Shown here: piece after piece, positions 17,885-26,198 of the stretch
Layout of the letters: every line of letters starts with the position of its first letter
Position numbering within the stretch: position 1 is the stretch's first letter
DNA from: a virus
Reading direction: 5' to 3' (one strand)
Length of the DNA stretch: 47,805 nt
Virus record (IMG/VR): IMGVR_UViG_3300009537_000024
Coordinates: 1-47,805 of that record
The notes under the pieces: generated by a model
What the model was told of the DNA's origin: nothing
Seen by the model: only the letters and a program-made list of their open reading frames with translations
Database searches by the model: none
Position numbers and translations under genes: made by a program

Positions 17885-19977
17885 CAGCTCCAAACCTCAC
17901 TCACAATCACCTCAGGAACAGGAATCGCCACGCCGCATGAACACACAGCACTCTCGGCCTCGGCCAGTATCGTCTCCAGCTTGCCCGCGGTCCACTGCGC
18001 GCGCTCTTTGGGCGCCTGCAGCGTGACCGAATCGTGCACCACCGCTGCCACCTCCAGCCCCGCCGCACACAGCGCGTTGAACGCCAGCGTAATCACCTCC
18101 GCCCCGATCCCCTGGAAGAAGCAGTTCGCAGCCTGACTGAAGCGCCGGTTGGGCACGACGCGCCCGCTCGGCAGGCGCACCTCGTACACCGCACCGTCAG
18201 CCAGCCCCCGCTGCAGCTCCCACTTGCTCGGCCACGGGTCACTTGGCACCCCGTTGAGATCGAGCCATGCGTCCTTGCGCCACCCGTCGGGCATCGCCTG
18301 CCACGGGTCCACCCGGAACAGCTGCAGGAACTCGGCGCAATCTGTCATGGCCGAGAACCACCGATCGCGCACGTCGGCGGCCTGCTCCAGGCTCCAGTCC
18401 AGCCCGGCCTGGATCGCCATGCGCCTGAACTTCTTCGGGCCGAGCCCGCCGAGGAGCGAGAAGTTGGCGATCTTCGCCGTCTGCCTCTCGTCGTCTGTGA
18501 CCTCCTCGGCGGGCTTGCGGAACAGGAGTGCGGCGGTGTTCCGGTGCACGTCGCCCCCAACGTCGAGCACCTGCCGGAGCGGCCCTCCACCCAAGCCAAG
18601 CCGGTGGAACGCCTCGCACGCACAGTACAGCTCCAAGCTCTTGTAGTCCGCGCTGACGAACACGTGCCCCTCCGCTGGCACGTACAGGTCGCGGATCTTC
18701 TTGGGCTGGTTCTGAAGGTTGGGCCTGTAACACGACCACCGGCCCGTCTGCGCGAACGCCACCATGTAGTGCGCGTACACGCGATCGGCCCCCGTCTCCC
18801 GCAGCGGGCGGAAGTACGTACCGAGGAGCTTGCGGACTTTGCCCAGCGCCAGGTATTCCTGCAGGCCGGGGGGCAACTCTTCTCGGTACGGCTTCCAGAA
18901 CTTCGCGTCGAGCGACAGCTGCCCGCTCTCGGACACGGGGTACTGCCCCTCGACCGGCACCTGCCCGGGCGCCGCCGCCTGCAGGCCAAGCTCGCCCGCA
19001 GCACGTGCGAACTCCTCCCTGAGCTTGGTCTGCGGGATCTTGACGACGGCGCCCACGGCTTGCGTCCCATAAACAGGCAATGAAGCCACACTATGTTCTT
19101 TGCGCTTCTTACGACCAACCACCCAGGTGCGAATCATGCGGTTGTTCAGAACGTCGGGCGTCCACTTCCTCGGGGGTGGGTCGCCACGGTACTCTATTAT
19201 ATAGGGTACAGCGCCCGGCTCGCGCACCAATTCCGCTAAGCCGTGCTCGCGCAACACCATAAGGTGCTCGTCTTCGCGGCGCGCGTACTCGTCGTGCAGC
19301 TCGGTGAGCCGCTCGGGCGAGACGCCGAGGCCGACGGACTCCAAGTTGAAGGCCATCCACGCTGCGGCCGAGGAGAAGAGGCGGTCGGGGTTGACTGTGC
19401 CCGTCTCCTCTGCGTAGATCTGGAAGGCGCGGAAGTGCGGGGGTCGAGGGGACAGGCCACCGTACGGGGTGTCCAGCAGGGTCTTGGCCAGGTCGTATGT
19501 GACCCGAGCGTCCATGCGCGCGTACTCAGCTTGCTCGGAGGTCAGGGCCTTTCCTGGGACGAAACTCGTACGTACCCCGCCTTTTTCAAGCTCCACTCCC
19601 AGCACACCGCTGGCACAAGCAGCAAGAGTGCGACTACCGTCGAGATCAGGAAAGCGAAGAGTATGAAGCACGCGAGTGTCCAGCACACGACCTCCAGCAA
19701 TAGCTCGGCGCCACCCTTCGTGATTGCCGAAATGCCTTGCCAAGACTGCGACATCAAACGCCGCATTGTGCATAGCGATGTCATCATCCGACTCCAGAAT
19801 GCGCGTGAGCAGCACCCGCAGGGCGTGCTCGCGCTCAGGTGTATCGACCGCGGTCACGTCACAGACGGACCCGTTGCAGTACGAGACGCAGGCGAGGCGG
19901 GGCACGTGCACGCGGGTGCGGATCTTGGCGCCCAGGCCCTCGATCATTTCCGTTTCTGTGTCAATCGCCCACAGCAC
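17884..19977 (-). CDS. Family A DNA polymerase with 3'-5' exonuclease domain
   Basis: Exo I AIDTET; motif A ADYKSLELY; motif B RQTAKIANFSLLGGLG; motif C VHDS. GTG 19977 follows GGGAGG+6 nt. Confidence 0.93.
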   Translation of the reverse strand: MLWAIDTETEMIEGLGAKIRTRVHVPRLACVSYCNGSVCDVTAVDTPEREHALRVLLTRILESDDDIAMHNAAFDVAVLARHFGNHEGWRRAIAGGRVLDTRVLHTLRFPDLDGSRTLAACASGVLGVELEKGGVRTSFVPGKALTSEQAEYARMDARVTYDLAKTLLDTPYGGLSPRPPHFRAFQIYAEETGTVNPDRLFSSAAAWMAFNLESVGLGVSPERLTELHDEYARREDEHLMVLREHGLAELVREPGAVPYIIEYRGDPPPRKWTPDVLNNRMIRTWVVGRKKRKEHSVASLPVYGTQAVGAVVKIPQTKLREEFARAAGELGLQAAAPGQVPVEGQYPVSESGQLSLDAKFWKPYREELPPGLQEYLALGKVRKLLGTYFRPLRETGADRVYAHYMVAFAQTGRWSCYRPNLQNQPKKIRDLYVPAEGHVFVSADYKSLELYCACEAFHRLGLGGGPLRQVLDVGGDVHRNTAALLFRKPAEEVTDDERQTAKIANFSLLGGLGPKKFRRMAIQAGLDWSLEQAADVRDRWFSAMTDCAEFLQLFRVDPWQAMPDGWRKDAWLDLNGVPSDPWPSKWELQRGLADGAVYEVRLPSGRVVPNRRFSQAANCFFQGIGAEVITLAFNALCAAGLEVAAVVHDSVTLQAPKERAQWTAGKLETILAEAESAVCSCGVAIPVPEVIVSEVWS

Positions 19978-20494
19978 TGAGCACCTCCCGTATATCCCGC
20001 CCGTCAATCTCGTCCCCGATCGCGTCCCACCCCGGTGCGGCCTCGCGGGCGAAGAGTTCCACACACCGCGCTTCGGGGTGCGCCGCACGAATGTGGTGCC
20101 TCACGAAATCAGGCTTTTGCGAATGCTTGCGGCGCGGCCACCATAGCACCGATCCGATCCGCTTGTCGGGCGCCGGAGGACTCATCTTACCACGCACTCC
20201 GACGAGCAGCAACTCGTGCTGCCCCCGAAACCAGTAGCCCATGCCGATGTTGACCTTGTCCCACACCGCATGCGTCTTGTACTTGAACCCCCACGCCGCC
20301 ATGACTTCAAGCGCCTCTGGCAGCTTCGGTGCCGTGGCCCAGAGGTACAGCACGCTGTTCTTGGCGGCCGGGATCTTGAGCGCGCAAAGGTCCGCCTGCG
20401 TCATCGTCGGGTACTTGTTCTCGATTTCGCGCGACTTGCTGCGGCTGAAGGAGTAGCGCCACGGCGGGTCCGCCAGGATCACGTCGTATTTCAT
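19961..20494 (-). CDS. MT-A70 family N6-adenine DNA methyltransferase
   Basis: DVILADPPWRY (DPPW catalytic motif); AAGGA 5 nt before ATG 20494. Confidence 0.88.
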   Translation of the reverse strand: MKYDVILADPPWRYSFSRSKSREIENKYPTMTQADLCALKIPAAKNSVLYLWATAPKLPEALEVMAAWGFKYKTHAVWDKVNIGMGYWFRGQHELLLVGVRGKMSPPAPDKRIGSVLWWPRRKHSQKPDFVRHHIRAAHPEARCVELFAREAAPGWDAIGDEIDGRDIREVLSAVGD

Positions 20495-20596
20495 TCTGGT
20501 CCTTGCATCCAGCGCCACCAGGCGGGTGTTGGTGTAAAGGGGTCACAACAGTATATCCCGTAGGCTACTACCAACACAACGCACACGAAGGTCATA

Positions 20597-20800
20597 TCAC
20601 CGCTCCGGACAATGCAAACACATGAACGACAACAGCTCGCGCCACGTCACACTCCGCGCCGCGCTCTGGTTCTTCTCCCGCACGACCAGCCCCGAGGGCC
20701 CGATCGACACGACGAAGGCGCGGTCGTCGAAGCCCCTGATGTTGGAGGGTAGTGAAACCTCACGGTCGATTGCGCGGGCGGTGTTGATGTCAAGCGCCAT
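20597..20800 (-). CDS. Hypothetical protein (67 aa)
   Basis: Clean ORF, overlapping the upstream gene by 11 nt. Confidence 0.55.
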   Translation of the reverse strand: MALDINTARAIDREVSLPSNIRGFDDRAFVVSIGPSGLVVREKNQSAARSVTWRELLSFMCLHCPER

Positions 20801-21011
20801 TACGTCTCCTGCCTATAGACCACCCTGCTTTGAATGCCTCAGCCAGGGTGACATGTGCCAGGTCGGGGGCCTCTACCCAGTCGGTGAAGTCGTCCGCCCA
20901 CTCATCGCGCAGCGCGAACGCCTCTAACACGGTATACTTGCACGGACACCGTTGTTCGTGGGGCTGATCATGGTGACAAAAAGGGCAGCGCCAGGGGAAT
21001 TTATAGGTCAT
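20790..21011 (-). CDS. Small Cys/His-rich protein (73 aa)
   Basis: MTYKFPWRCPFCHHDQPHEQRCPCK...; ATG 21011 overlaps the upstream stop (TGATG). Confidence 0.55.
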   Translation of the reverse strand: MTYKFPWRCPFCHHDQPHEQRCPCKYTVLEAFALRDEWADDFTDWVEAPDLAHVTLAEAFKAGWSIGRRRNGA

Positions 21012-21396
21012 CAGTGCACACACCTGTCGTCTTCGGGATCACGGCCGCAGTAGTAGCATCGGCGACCAGCACCTTCCCCAACTGCCTCACCACCCCCCGC
21101 CTCTGCTCCGGGCGCAGGCGCGGCCAGTTCAGGGCTGTCCACGACAGCTTCATCAGGACCCAGTGGATTGTTCGCAGCGCTCTGTGTTCGCCAGAGGGGG
21201 CAGTTGCAGCAGTGGATTGCGCCTGGCGGGTTCCAGCCGCGGCAGCCGTTGCACTGCCACCCGTACGCGCGGAGGAGGTCGAGCGCCCCAGATCTGGGGG
21301 CCACCCCCACTTTCGCATCTGCTCCTCGATCAGCAGCTCCTCCGAGAACTGCACCCTGCGCAGTGACTCCTCGCGCGTCGGCTTCGGCTCGGTCAT
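21001..21396 (-). CDS. Alternative-frame ORF overlapping the 3' half of 21011..21679
   Basis: GAGGA+4 nt before ATG 21396. Very high GC3 at 21396-21300 (MTEPKPTREESLRRVQFSEELLIEEQMRKWGW) and again at 21180-21040. See findings. Confidence 0.3.
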   Translation of the reverse strand: MTEPKPTREESLRRVQFSEELLIEEQMRKWGWPPDLGRSTSSARTGGSATAAAAGTRQAQSTAATAPSGEHRALRTIHWVLMKLSWTALNWPRLRPEQRRGVVRQLGKVLVADATTAAVIPKTTGVCTDDL

Positions 21397-21679
21397 CGTG
21401 TCCTCGTTCGTCATGTGCATGCCACCATAGGTAACTCAGCCCCGCCGAAGCGTGCGTCAGGTGCGACTCCCCGGTCTCGGGGTCCAGGTCCTCGCCGGAG
21501 CGCCACGCCCACAGGTGGCGCAGCACGCTGGCGTAGAGGCGCGTTGCTGTGAGGCCGCGCCAGTTGCCGACCTCGTACTTCCGGTCGCCGCTCTCGCACA
21601 CACGGGCCACAGCGAGCAGCCAGCGGGCGTCGAGGTCGTCGGTGGCCGGCTTGCCGGCGTCGTTCTTGGTTCCGCCCAT
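21011..21679 (-). CDS. dATP/dGTP pyrophosphohydrolase-like (DUF5664-type) domain fused by readthrough to a RanBP2-type zinc finger
   Basis: KNDAGKP..LLAVARV..G..KY..GNWR..RLYASVLRHLWAW..GEDLDPETGESHLTHA matches my recollection of the domain. WQCNGCRGWNPPGAIHCCNC fits W-x-C-x2-C-x3-N-x6-C-x2-C. Confidence 0.55.
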   Translation of the reverse strand: MGGTKNDAGKPATDDLDARWLLAVARVCESGDRKYEVGNWRGLTATRLYASVLRHLWAWRSGEDLDPETGESHLTHASAGLSYLWWHAHDERGHDDRAEADARGVTAQGAVLGGAADRGADAKVGVAPRSGALDLLRAYGWQCNGCRGWNPPGAIHCCNCPLWRTQSAANNPLGPDEAVVDSPELAAPAPGAEAGGGEAVGEGAGRRCYYCGRDPEDDRCVH

Positions 21680-21918
21680 TAGATCACCTGCCTCCAGCAC
21701 AACACGATCCGCACCTGTAATACAAACGACACCCCCGACACCGCCACCAACGAGCCGACCCCGAGCAGGACGCCCTGCGCAGCGAACAGCGCGTTCACAC
21801 AGGACATGCCCACCATACCCCACCAGCGCCGCCGAGGCGACGGGGAAGCGAGGACCCACAGAGCGGCGATATCAATGACAAAGGCCGCCCAGCCCAAGAG
21901 GTGGGCAAGGTTACTCAT
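21679..21918 (-). CDS. Small multi-pass membrane protein (79 aa)
   Basis: Three hydrophobic segments (GWAAFVIDIAALWVLA, VNALFAAQGVLLGVGSLVAV...). Confidence 0.6.
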   Translation of the reverse strand: MSNLAHLLGWAAFVIDIAALWVLASPSPRRRWWGMVGMSCVNALFAAQGVLLGVGSLVAVSGVSFVLQVRIVLCWRQVI

Positions 21919-22198
21919 GGGCCTCTAACGCCTTGAGCAGCTCTCGCACTGCGTCGGGGAAGGTGGGGAAGGTGAAATCCCGCCCATCGAAGTCATCCGC
22001 TATGCGATATCCCCAGTCGCCATTCGACAAGCGATACACCCACGCCTCAGGCCGCCCCGGCGGACTCACCGAGCCGTCGTCGTTGACGCGCCAGCCGGCG
22101 AACTCGCCGGTGCCACGCTTAGCTTCCAGCGCACGGATACGTGCCATCAGCTTCTCGACGACGGCTTCGAGTCGATAACAGTCGTGGCAGTCTTCCAT
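21911..22198 (-). CDS. Hypothetical protein (95 aa)
   Basis: MEDCHDCYRLEAVVEKL...; preceded by the 30-bp leader repeat containing GGGAGGGGAG. Confidence 0.6.
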   Translation of the reverse strand: MEDCHDCYRLEAVVEKLMARIRALEAKRGTGEFAGWRVNDDGSVSPPGRPEAWVYRLSNGDWGYRIADDFDGRDFTFPTFPDAVRELLKALEAHE

Positions 22199-22223
22199 CA
22201 CTCCCCTCCCGCGCGCTCGGCGC
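22194..22223 (-). repeat. 30-bp leader repeat, copy 1 (RBS + start codon)
   Basis: tccatcactcccctcccgcgcgctcggcgc, identical to 22529..22558. Minus strand reads gcgccgagcgcgcGGGAGGGGAGtgATGga. Confidence 0.9.
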
Positions 22224-22533
22224 TCACACTCGCGCGGCCGGCCATGAACGCCTCGCGCCTGGCGTCGTCCGGCCACGTCAGAGGACCCGGCCGCGAGCGC
22301 ATGTAGGCGTCCCACGCAGACTCGGCGGCGCTCAGCTCGGCGACCGGCCCCGCGTAGAGCGGGTGGCTCGGGTCGAGGCTTTGCGCGAGCGCGATCAGGT
22401 CGTACGCGCCGCGCAGCGAGTCGGGCAGCTTGTTGCCGCCAGCTCGGTAGAGCGCGAGCAGGTCAGCGGCGGCGAGGTCGAGATGGCCGTAGCGCCGCTG
22501 CGTCTCTTCGATGAGGATCTTCTCGGCGTCCAT
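22198..22533 (-). CDS. Hypothetical protein (111 aa)
   Basis: MDAEKILIEETQRRYGHLDL...; preceded by leader repeat copy 2. Confidence 0.6.
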   Translation of the reverse strand: MDAEKILIEETQRRYGHLDLAAADLLALYRAGGNKLPDSLRGAYDLIALAQSLDPSHPLYAGPVAELSAAESAWDAYMRSRPGPLTWPDDARREAFMAGRASVSAERAGGE

Positions 22534-22558
22534 CACTCCCCTCCCGCGCGCTCGGCGC
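22529..22558 (-). repeat. 30-bp leader repeat, copy 2 (RBS + start codon)
   Basis: Identical to 22194..22223. Confidence 0.9.
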
Positions 22559-22567
22559 CTTGATTCG

Positions 22568-22879
22568 TCATCGCAACCCCTTCCAACAAAACGCACTCCC
22601 CGTCCACGTGCACCGGGGCGAGCCGCAGTCGCAGGTGTCGGGGGCCGAGACCTTCTTGATTTCTTCGTTGATGGTGCGCTCGATCGCTCTGCTAAGTTGG
22701 GAGCCCCAGTCGGTTGGCGGCTCGCGCTCGGTGCGGGTGTACGCCTCAATGCGCGCCTCGGCCTCCATCAGCTCGCGGCATGTGTACCAGGTCCCGCACG
22801 CGCACTGAAAGCGCAAGCCGCACTGCTCCACTTGCTGGCATTTGTACTCCGCTTGGCAGTGGCGGCACCAGGGTTTCAT
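22568..22879 (-). CDS. Cys-rich zinc-binding-like protein (103 aa)
   Basis: MKPWCRHCQAEYKCQQVEQCGLRFQCACGTWYTC... and C-terminal CDCGSPRCTWTGSAFC. Confidence 0.6.
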   Translation of the reverse strand: MKPWCRHCQAEYKCQQVEQCGLRFQCACGTWYTCRELMEAEARIEAYTRTEREPPTDWGSQLSRAIERTINEEIKKVSAPDTCDCGSPRCTWTGSAFCWKGLR

Positions 22880-23178
22880 TCGGCCGCCTCCTGTTGCTGG
22901 GGAAACCGAATCTCCACCACCCGCTCGACGCAGGAGAAGGAGATGCCGATCATGGCGACGACGAAGAGGACACGGAGCAGGATCGATGCGATGCCCGCGC
23001 CGCATAGGTCACGGTATTCGCACCCCCTTGTGGGGTACTCCTTATCGGCTCGCTTCACACATCGCCACCACCACCACACCCCACAGAACGCCACGAACGC
23101 GCTCAACCACGCCACCAGGTGCAGCGGAATCCAAAGCAGGGCGCGGAAGGAATCGGGGTTGTTCAGGATCTCGTTCAT
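22876..23178 (-). CDS. Membrane protein (100 aa)
   Basis: Hydrophobic segments LLWIPLHLVAWLSAFVAFCGVWWWW and IASILLRVLFVVAMIGISF; ATGA coupling. Confidence 0.6.
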   Translation of the reverse strand: MNEILNNPDSFRALLWIPLHLVAWLSAFVAFCGVWWWWRCVKRADKEYPTRGCEYRDLCGAGIASILLRVLFVVAMIGISFSCVERVVEIRFPQQQEAAE

Positions 23179-23408
23179 GTGTTCACTCCTGCAATGAGGC
23201 GGACAAAGGCAGGCATGAGCACAAAGCCGGTCAGCATTGCCGTAGCTATAGCCCATACCGGAGGAAGCATCCAGATTCCTCCGTCAGTTTTCTTGTGGAA
23301 CAGTGAACATACACCGACCACCACCACCGCCTGCAGCACCCACAGCAACCAAACCACGATCTGCGCCAGTCCCACGAGGCGGGTCGTGTTGTCGAAGAAC
23401 TCTATCAT
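23175..23408 (-). CDS. Membrane protein (77 aa)
   Basis: LVGLAQIVVWLLWVLQAVVVVGVCSLF and PPVWAIATAMLTGFVLMPAFV; ATGA coupling. Confidence 0.6.
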   Translation of the reverse strand: MIEFFDNTTRLVGLAQIVVWLLWVLQAVVVVGVCSLFHKKTDGGIWMLPPVWAIATAMLTGFVLMPAFVRLIAGVNT

Positions 23409-24868
23409 CTCGAAGCCTCCTTCAGCTTCCCGTCCACCACCCGGAGCCCGAGCGCCGTGCCCCCTTCGAGGGTGTCCACGGGCGCGTTGGCGGGCAGGAG
23501 GTCGACGTTGACAGGGCGGCGGGGGAATGCCGCGCGTTCTCGTTTCAGCAATTGCAAGGCAAGGGTACCGATTGTAGCACGGTGAGCCGAATCTGTCAAG
23601 GGCGGGCGCTTCCCGAACACTTCTAAGTATGCACCCGCAGCACGCTTGGCGAAAACGGTACACCTGTCCACCGTGGGTAGGGTGTGCTTACGCCCGCGCT
23701 TCATGGCCCAGTAGCACTCAGCCACCAGCTCGTCTCGATGATCCAGCGCGTAGTCCTTTGCGAAGTGCGGCGGCGCACCGTCCGCCCACCGGGACGTGTC
23801 GCCCCACACCTGCACCCTCCATGCCCGAGAGATCAGATCCTCGTGCAGCGTCGCGCGCCCGAACACGAACGTGAGGATCGCCGACCGCGCACGAAAGTTC
23901 GTACTCGCGCGATCGTACCGCAGGCGCTCCGCGGCACCGCGCTGGGTTAGGATCGAAGCAAGCCACGGGTTGGACCAGTCCACCACACCGTCCAGGTTGT
24001 CCATAACTGCGACAAGATGTCCGGCCCCGTAATGACTCGCCATCTGGTCCGGCGACGACGTGCGGGACGGCGTGATTGCCGGCGTCCTGTACCCGTGTAG
24101 CAGGTTTGCCACGGCCTCCGCCGCCTCACTCTTCCCCATTCCCTGCATCCAGCTGTCGATCGTCAGGAGGGGCACAGAGTGCGTCAGATACGACACGTCG
24201 AAGCACCCGAGCAGGAACATGTGCAGGCGGGCGTGCGAGATCTCGTCGAGCCAGAACTCGGAGAACAGCTGTTTGAGTCGTGGATAGTTTCGTCCACACT
24301 CAGCGGGCGGTGCAGGCATTTCGTACACGGGATCGGTAGGCACATCACCCACCAGCGGCCACCGCAGCCGCGCGCCCAGCTCCGGGATCTCGTCCTCGTG
24401 GATCAGGAGCCCGCTGTAGTTGTCCGTGGCGCACAGCGGCAGCAGGTGCAGCAGCCGTTCGCCCTGGGGGTTCGTGGCGAGGTCGGCCACCAGCTCCGCG
24501 AGTTCGTACCGGCTCAGGCGCTCGGCGTCCAGGCTCGCGCTGTTGCGCGCACACGTGAGCGGCACTTGTACGTATTGCACCCCGAAAGCGATGTGGCTCG
24601 TGAGCAGTGCGCGCGTCTGGCTCTCGGTCGCGGGCTGCTCGATGCGCGCGCCAAAGCGAAAGCAGGGCGAGCCGCCGGAGCGGAGCAGGACCCCCTGCTT
24701 GAGCAGCATCTCCCGCAGCGCCACGATGAAGGCAGGGTTGCGGCTCTGGAACTCGGTGAGCGGGCGCCCCGGTCCTGGTGCGCGCACTTGCGTGACCAGG
24801 AGGAAGTCGGGGCGATCCGCGACCGTGTACAGGTGGTAGCCTCGCGTTTGGTGCAGGTGCTCAAGCAC
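23405..24868 (-). CDS. P-loop NTPase, putative replicative (SF3/D5-like) helicase-primase
   Basis: Walker A-like WMQGMGKSEAA and Walker B-like HLVAVMDNLDG in the C-terminal half; 487 aa, upstream of the polymerase region. The N-terminal domain was not identified. Confidence 0.55.
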   Translation of the reverse strand: MLEHLHQTRGYHLYTVADRPDFLLVTQVRAPGPGRPLTEFQSRNPAFIVALREMLLKQGVLLRSGGSPCFRFGARIEQPATESQTRALLTSHIAFGVQYVQVPLTCARNSASLDAERLSRYELAELVADLATNPQGERLLHLLPLCATDNYSGLLIHEDEIPELGARLRWPLVGDVPTDPVYEMPAPPAECGRNYPRLKQLFSEFWLDEISHARLHMFLLGCFDVSYLTHSVPLLTIDSWMQGMGKSEAAEAVANLLHGYRTPAITPSRTSSPDQMASHYGAGHLVAVMDNLDGVVDWSNPWLASILTQRGAAERLRYDRASTNFRARSAILTFVFGRATLHEDLISRAWRVQVWGDTSRWADGAPPHFAKDYALDHRDELVAECYWAMKRGRKHTLPTVDRCTVFAKRAAGAYLEVFGKRPPLTDSAHRATIGTLALQLLKRERAAFPRRPVNVDLLPANAPVDTLEGGTALGLRVVDGKLKEASR

Positions 24869-24872
24869 GCCC

Positions 24873-25103
24873 CTACTCCTCCCCCCGCTGCACTTTCAGC
24901 TTGCGCCGCAGCTCAAAGATGCTCACGCCCTGCTCCGCTAACCAGAACTCCACGGGCGCCACGTCCTCGTTGTACATCTTGCGCACGAACTCGACCAGTT
25001 TTTGATGGTATGACGCCACCTGTAACAGTCGATCCTCCAGCTGATCGATTCGTGCCTTCAGGTCACGCACGTCACTATCTGCAGCCGCACCAAGCCAACT
25101 CAT
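24873..25103 (-). CDS. Hypothetical protein (76 aa)
   Basis: Coiled-coil-like N-terminus; ATGA coupling. Confidence 0.6.
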   Translation of the reverse strand: MSWLGAAADSDVRDLKARIDQLEDRLLQVASYHQKLVEFVRKMYNEDVAPVEFWLAEQGVSIFELRRKLKVQRGEE

Positions 25104-25318
25104 CGCTCCTCCCCCCTCACCAACACCTTCCCGCCCGCTTCGAGCACGTCCCGCGCAAGCAACTGCCGGAGCGCCGCCGCGAGCGTCTGCGTGAGGTCTA
25201 TGACCGCGGCCCGTTTCGGGGGGCAGGTGATGGTGGCAACTTCTTCGCTATTCGAGATCATGCGGTCATCCATGTGAAGGACCGTCACGATTACACGCGC
25301 CTCCGCTCTCTCTGACAT
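25100..25318 (-). CDS. Hypothetical protein (72 aa)
   Basis: MSERAEARVIVTVLHMDDRM...; internal ATG chosen by coding pattern. Confidence 0.5.
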   Translation of the reverse strand: MSERAEARVIVTVLHMDDRMISNSEEVATITCPPKRAAVIDLTQTLAAALRQLLARDVLEAGGKVLVRGEER

Positions 25319-25319
25319 G

Positions 25320-25499
25320 TCAACCCTTCCGTCCATATTTCTGACACCACCGCGCAAGCTCCGCGTCCTGCGCGAGACAGTTCGTACACAGCCGCACGAT
25401 GCGCTGTTGCTTGATGCGCCGCCGCTTCTGGGTGCGGTGCGCGGTTTCCAGGATGCCCGAGACCTCGGCGGGCTCGCCACAGAAGGCGCAGGGGATCAT
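25320..25499 (-). CDS. Zinc-ribbon protein (59 aa)
   Basis: CAFCGE...CTNC (CxxC..CxxC) with a basic linker; ATGA coupling. Confidence 0.6.
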   Translation of the reverse strand: MIPCAFCGEPAEVSGILETAHRTQKRRRIKQQRIVRLCTNCLAQDAELARWCQKYGRKG

Positions 25500-25783
25500 G
25501 AGGACCACCGGCTACGATACTGCTCCGCAACGTGATCGCAGGCATTGGCGGCCGTGAGCAAGGTTTGTGCCGCGCCTCTCGTCAGCACGAAGGCGCCGAC
25601 TTTCACGGAGTAGTGCCAGGCACCCTCATCGTAAGCCAGCGTGGCCAGCACCCAGTCCGTCTCCGCCTGGGTTCCATACCCCTTGGTCCACGTATGCAGC
25701 TTGCCGGCATCCGGCACAGCCCAACCGCGCGCTCTCAGCTCGTGGGCCGTTTCGAGTAGGGTGACTCGTTCTTCGAGGTCCAT
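25496..25783 (-). CDS. Hypothetical protein (95 aa)
   Basis: MDLEERVTLLETAHELRARGW...; internal ATG of ORF 25496..25885. Confidence 0.55.
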   Translation of the reverse strand: MDLEERVTLLETAHELRARGWAVPDAGKLHTWTKGYGTQAETDWVLATLAYDEGAWHYSVKVGAFVLTRGAAQTLLTAANACDHVAEQYRSRWSS

Positions 25784-25959
25784 GGTACACACTCCTCTCC
25801 GGCCGCATACCGCGCGGCCTCTTCGGTTTCGAAATCCGCGATCGGCTCGAAGTCGTCGCGTAGTACGGCCAGACGGTACGCGCACTCGGGCACAGCGCGG
25901 CGAGTTAGGCGGTACGTGTGGCCGTTGGCAGTGATGATGCGGTGTTCAAACATGTACAT
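25735..25959 (-). CDS. Hypothetical protein (74 aa)
   Basis: GAGGA+7 nt before ATG 25959. The upstream part of ORF 25735..26115 is the palindromic element read as protein. Confidence 0.45.
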   Translation of the reverse strand: MYMFEHRIITANGHTYRLTRRAVPECAYRLAVLRDDFEPIADFETEEAARYAAGEECVPWTSKNESPYSKRPTS

Positions 25960-26069
25960 TGCTCGATCCTCGGCATTTTGTATGCGATCGGCCGTCAATC
26001 CTACCGCCCATCCCGCCGCGCGCCAAGAAAAATCCGCCAAGTCTTTCGACCGAGCGGAGATAGGACTTC

Positions 26070-26172
26070 CACTGCACATACGTACGTTCCCGCTCTGTAC
26101 AATACCTATAGACAATTACCTAATTTTCCTTAGGTATTCTTGAGAGAGGGAACGCACATATGTGCAATGAAT
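26070..26172. promoter_or_regulatory. AT-rich quasi-palindromic element A (inverted copy of element B); candidate promoter/operator
   Basis: 80/103 ungapped identity to the reverse complement of 30372..30474, with a perfect 27-bp core at 26099..26125. Flanked by palindromes ctgcacatacgtac and gcacatatgtgc. On the plus strand: TAGACA(26109)-16 nt-TAGGTA(26131), then purine-rich SD and ATG 26160. Confidence 0.5.
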
Positions 26173-26198
26173 GGCGCAAGTGCGCGTGGGGTGGCGGG

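Noticed and set aside
20550-20579. Sigma-70-like promoter TTGTGT-18 nt-TATACT on the minus strand upstream of the methylase, inside an 8-bp stem (gtgttggt/accaacac)
   Set aside because: The match is weak, the spacer is 18 nt, and the host and its promoter consensus are unknown. It is too speculative to list as a feature.
17884-21679. Z-genome (2-aminoadenine) or other base-replacement pathway, suggested by the dNTP pyrophosphohydrolase-like domain plus a family A polymerase
   Set aside because: No PurZ-like adenylosuccinate-synthetase homologue (GDEGKG P-loop), no HD-type dATPase, and no thymidylate-synthase or deazaguanine genes were seen.
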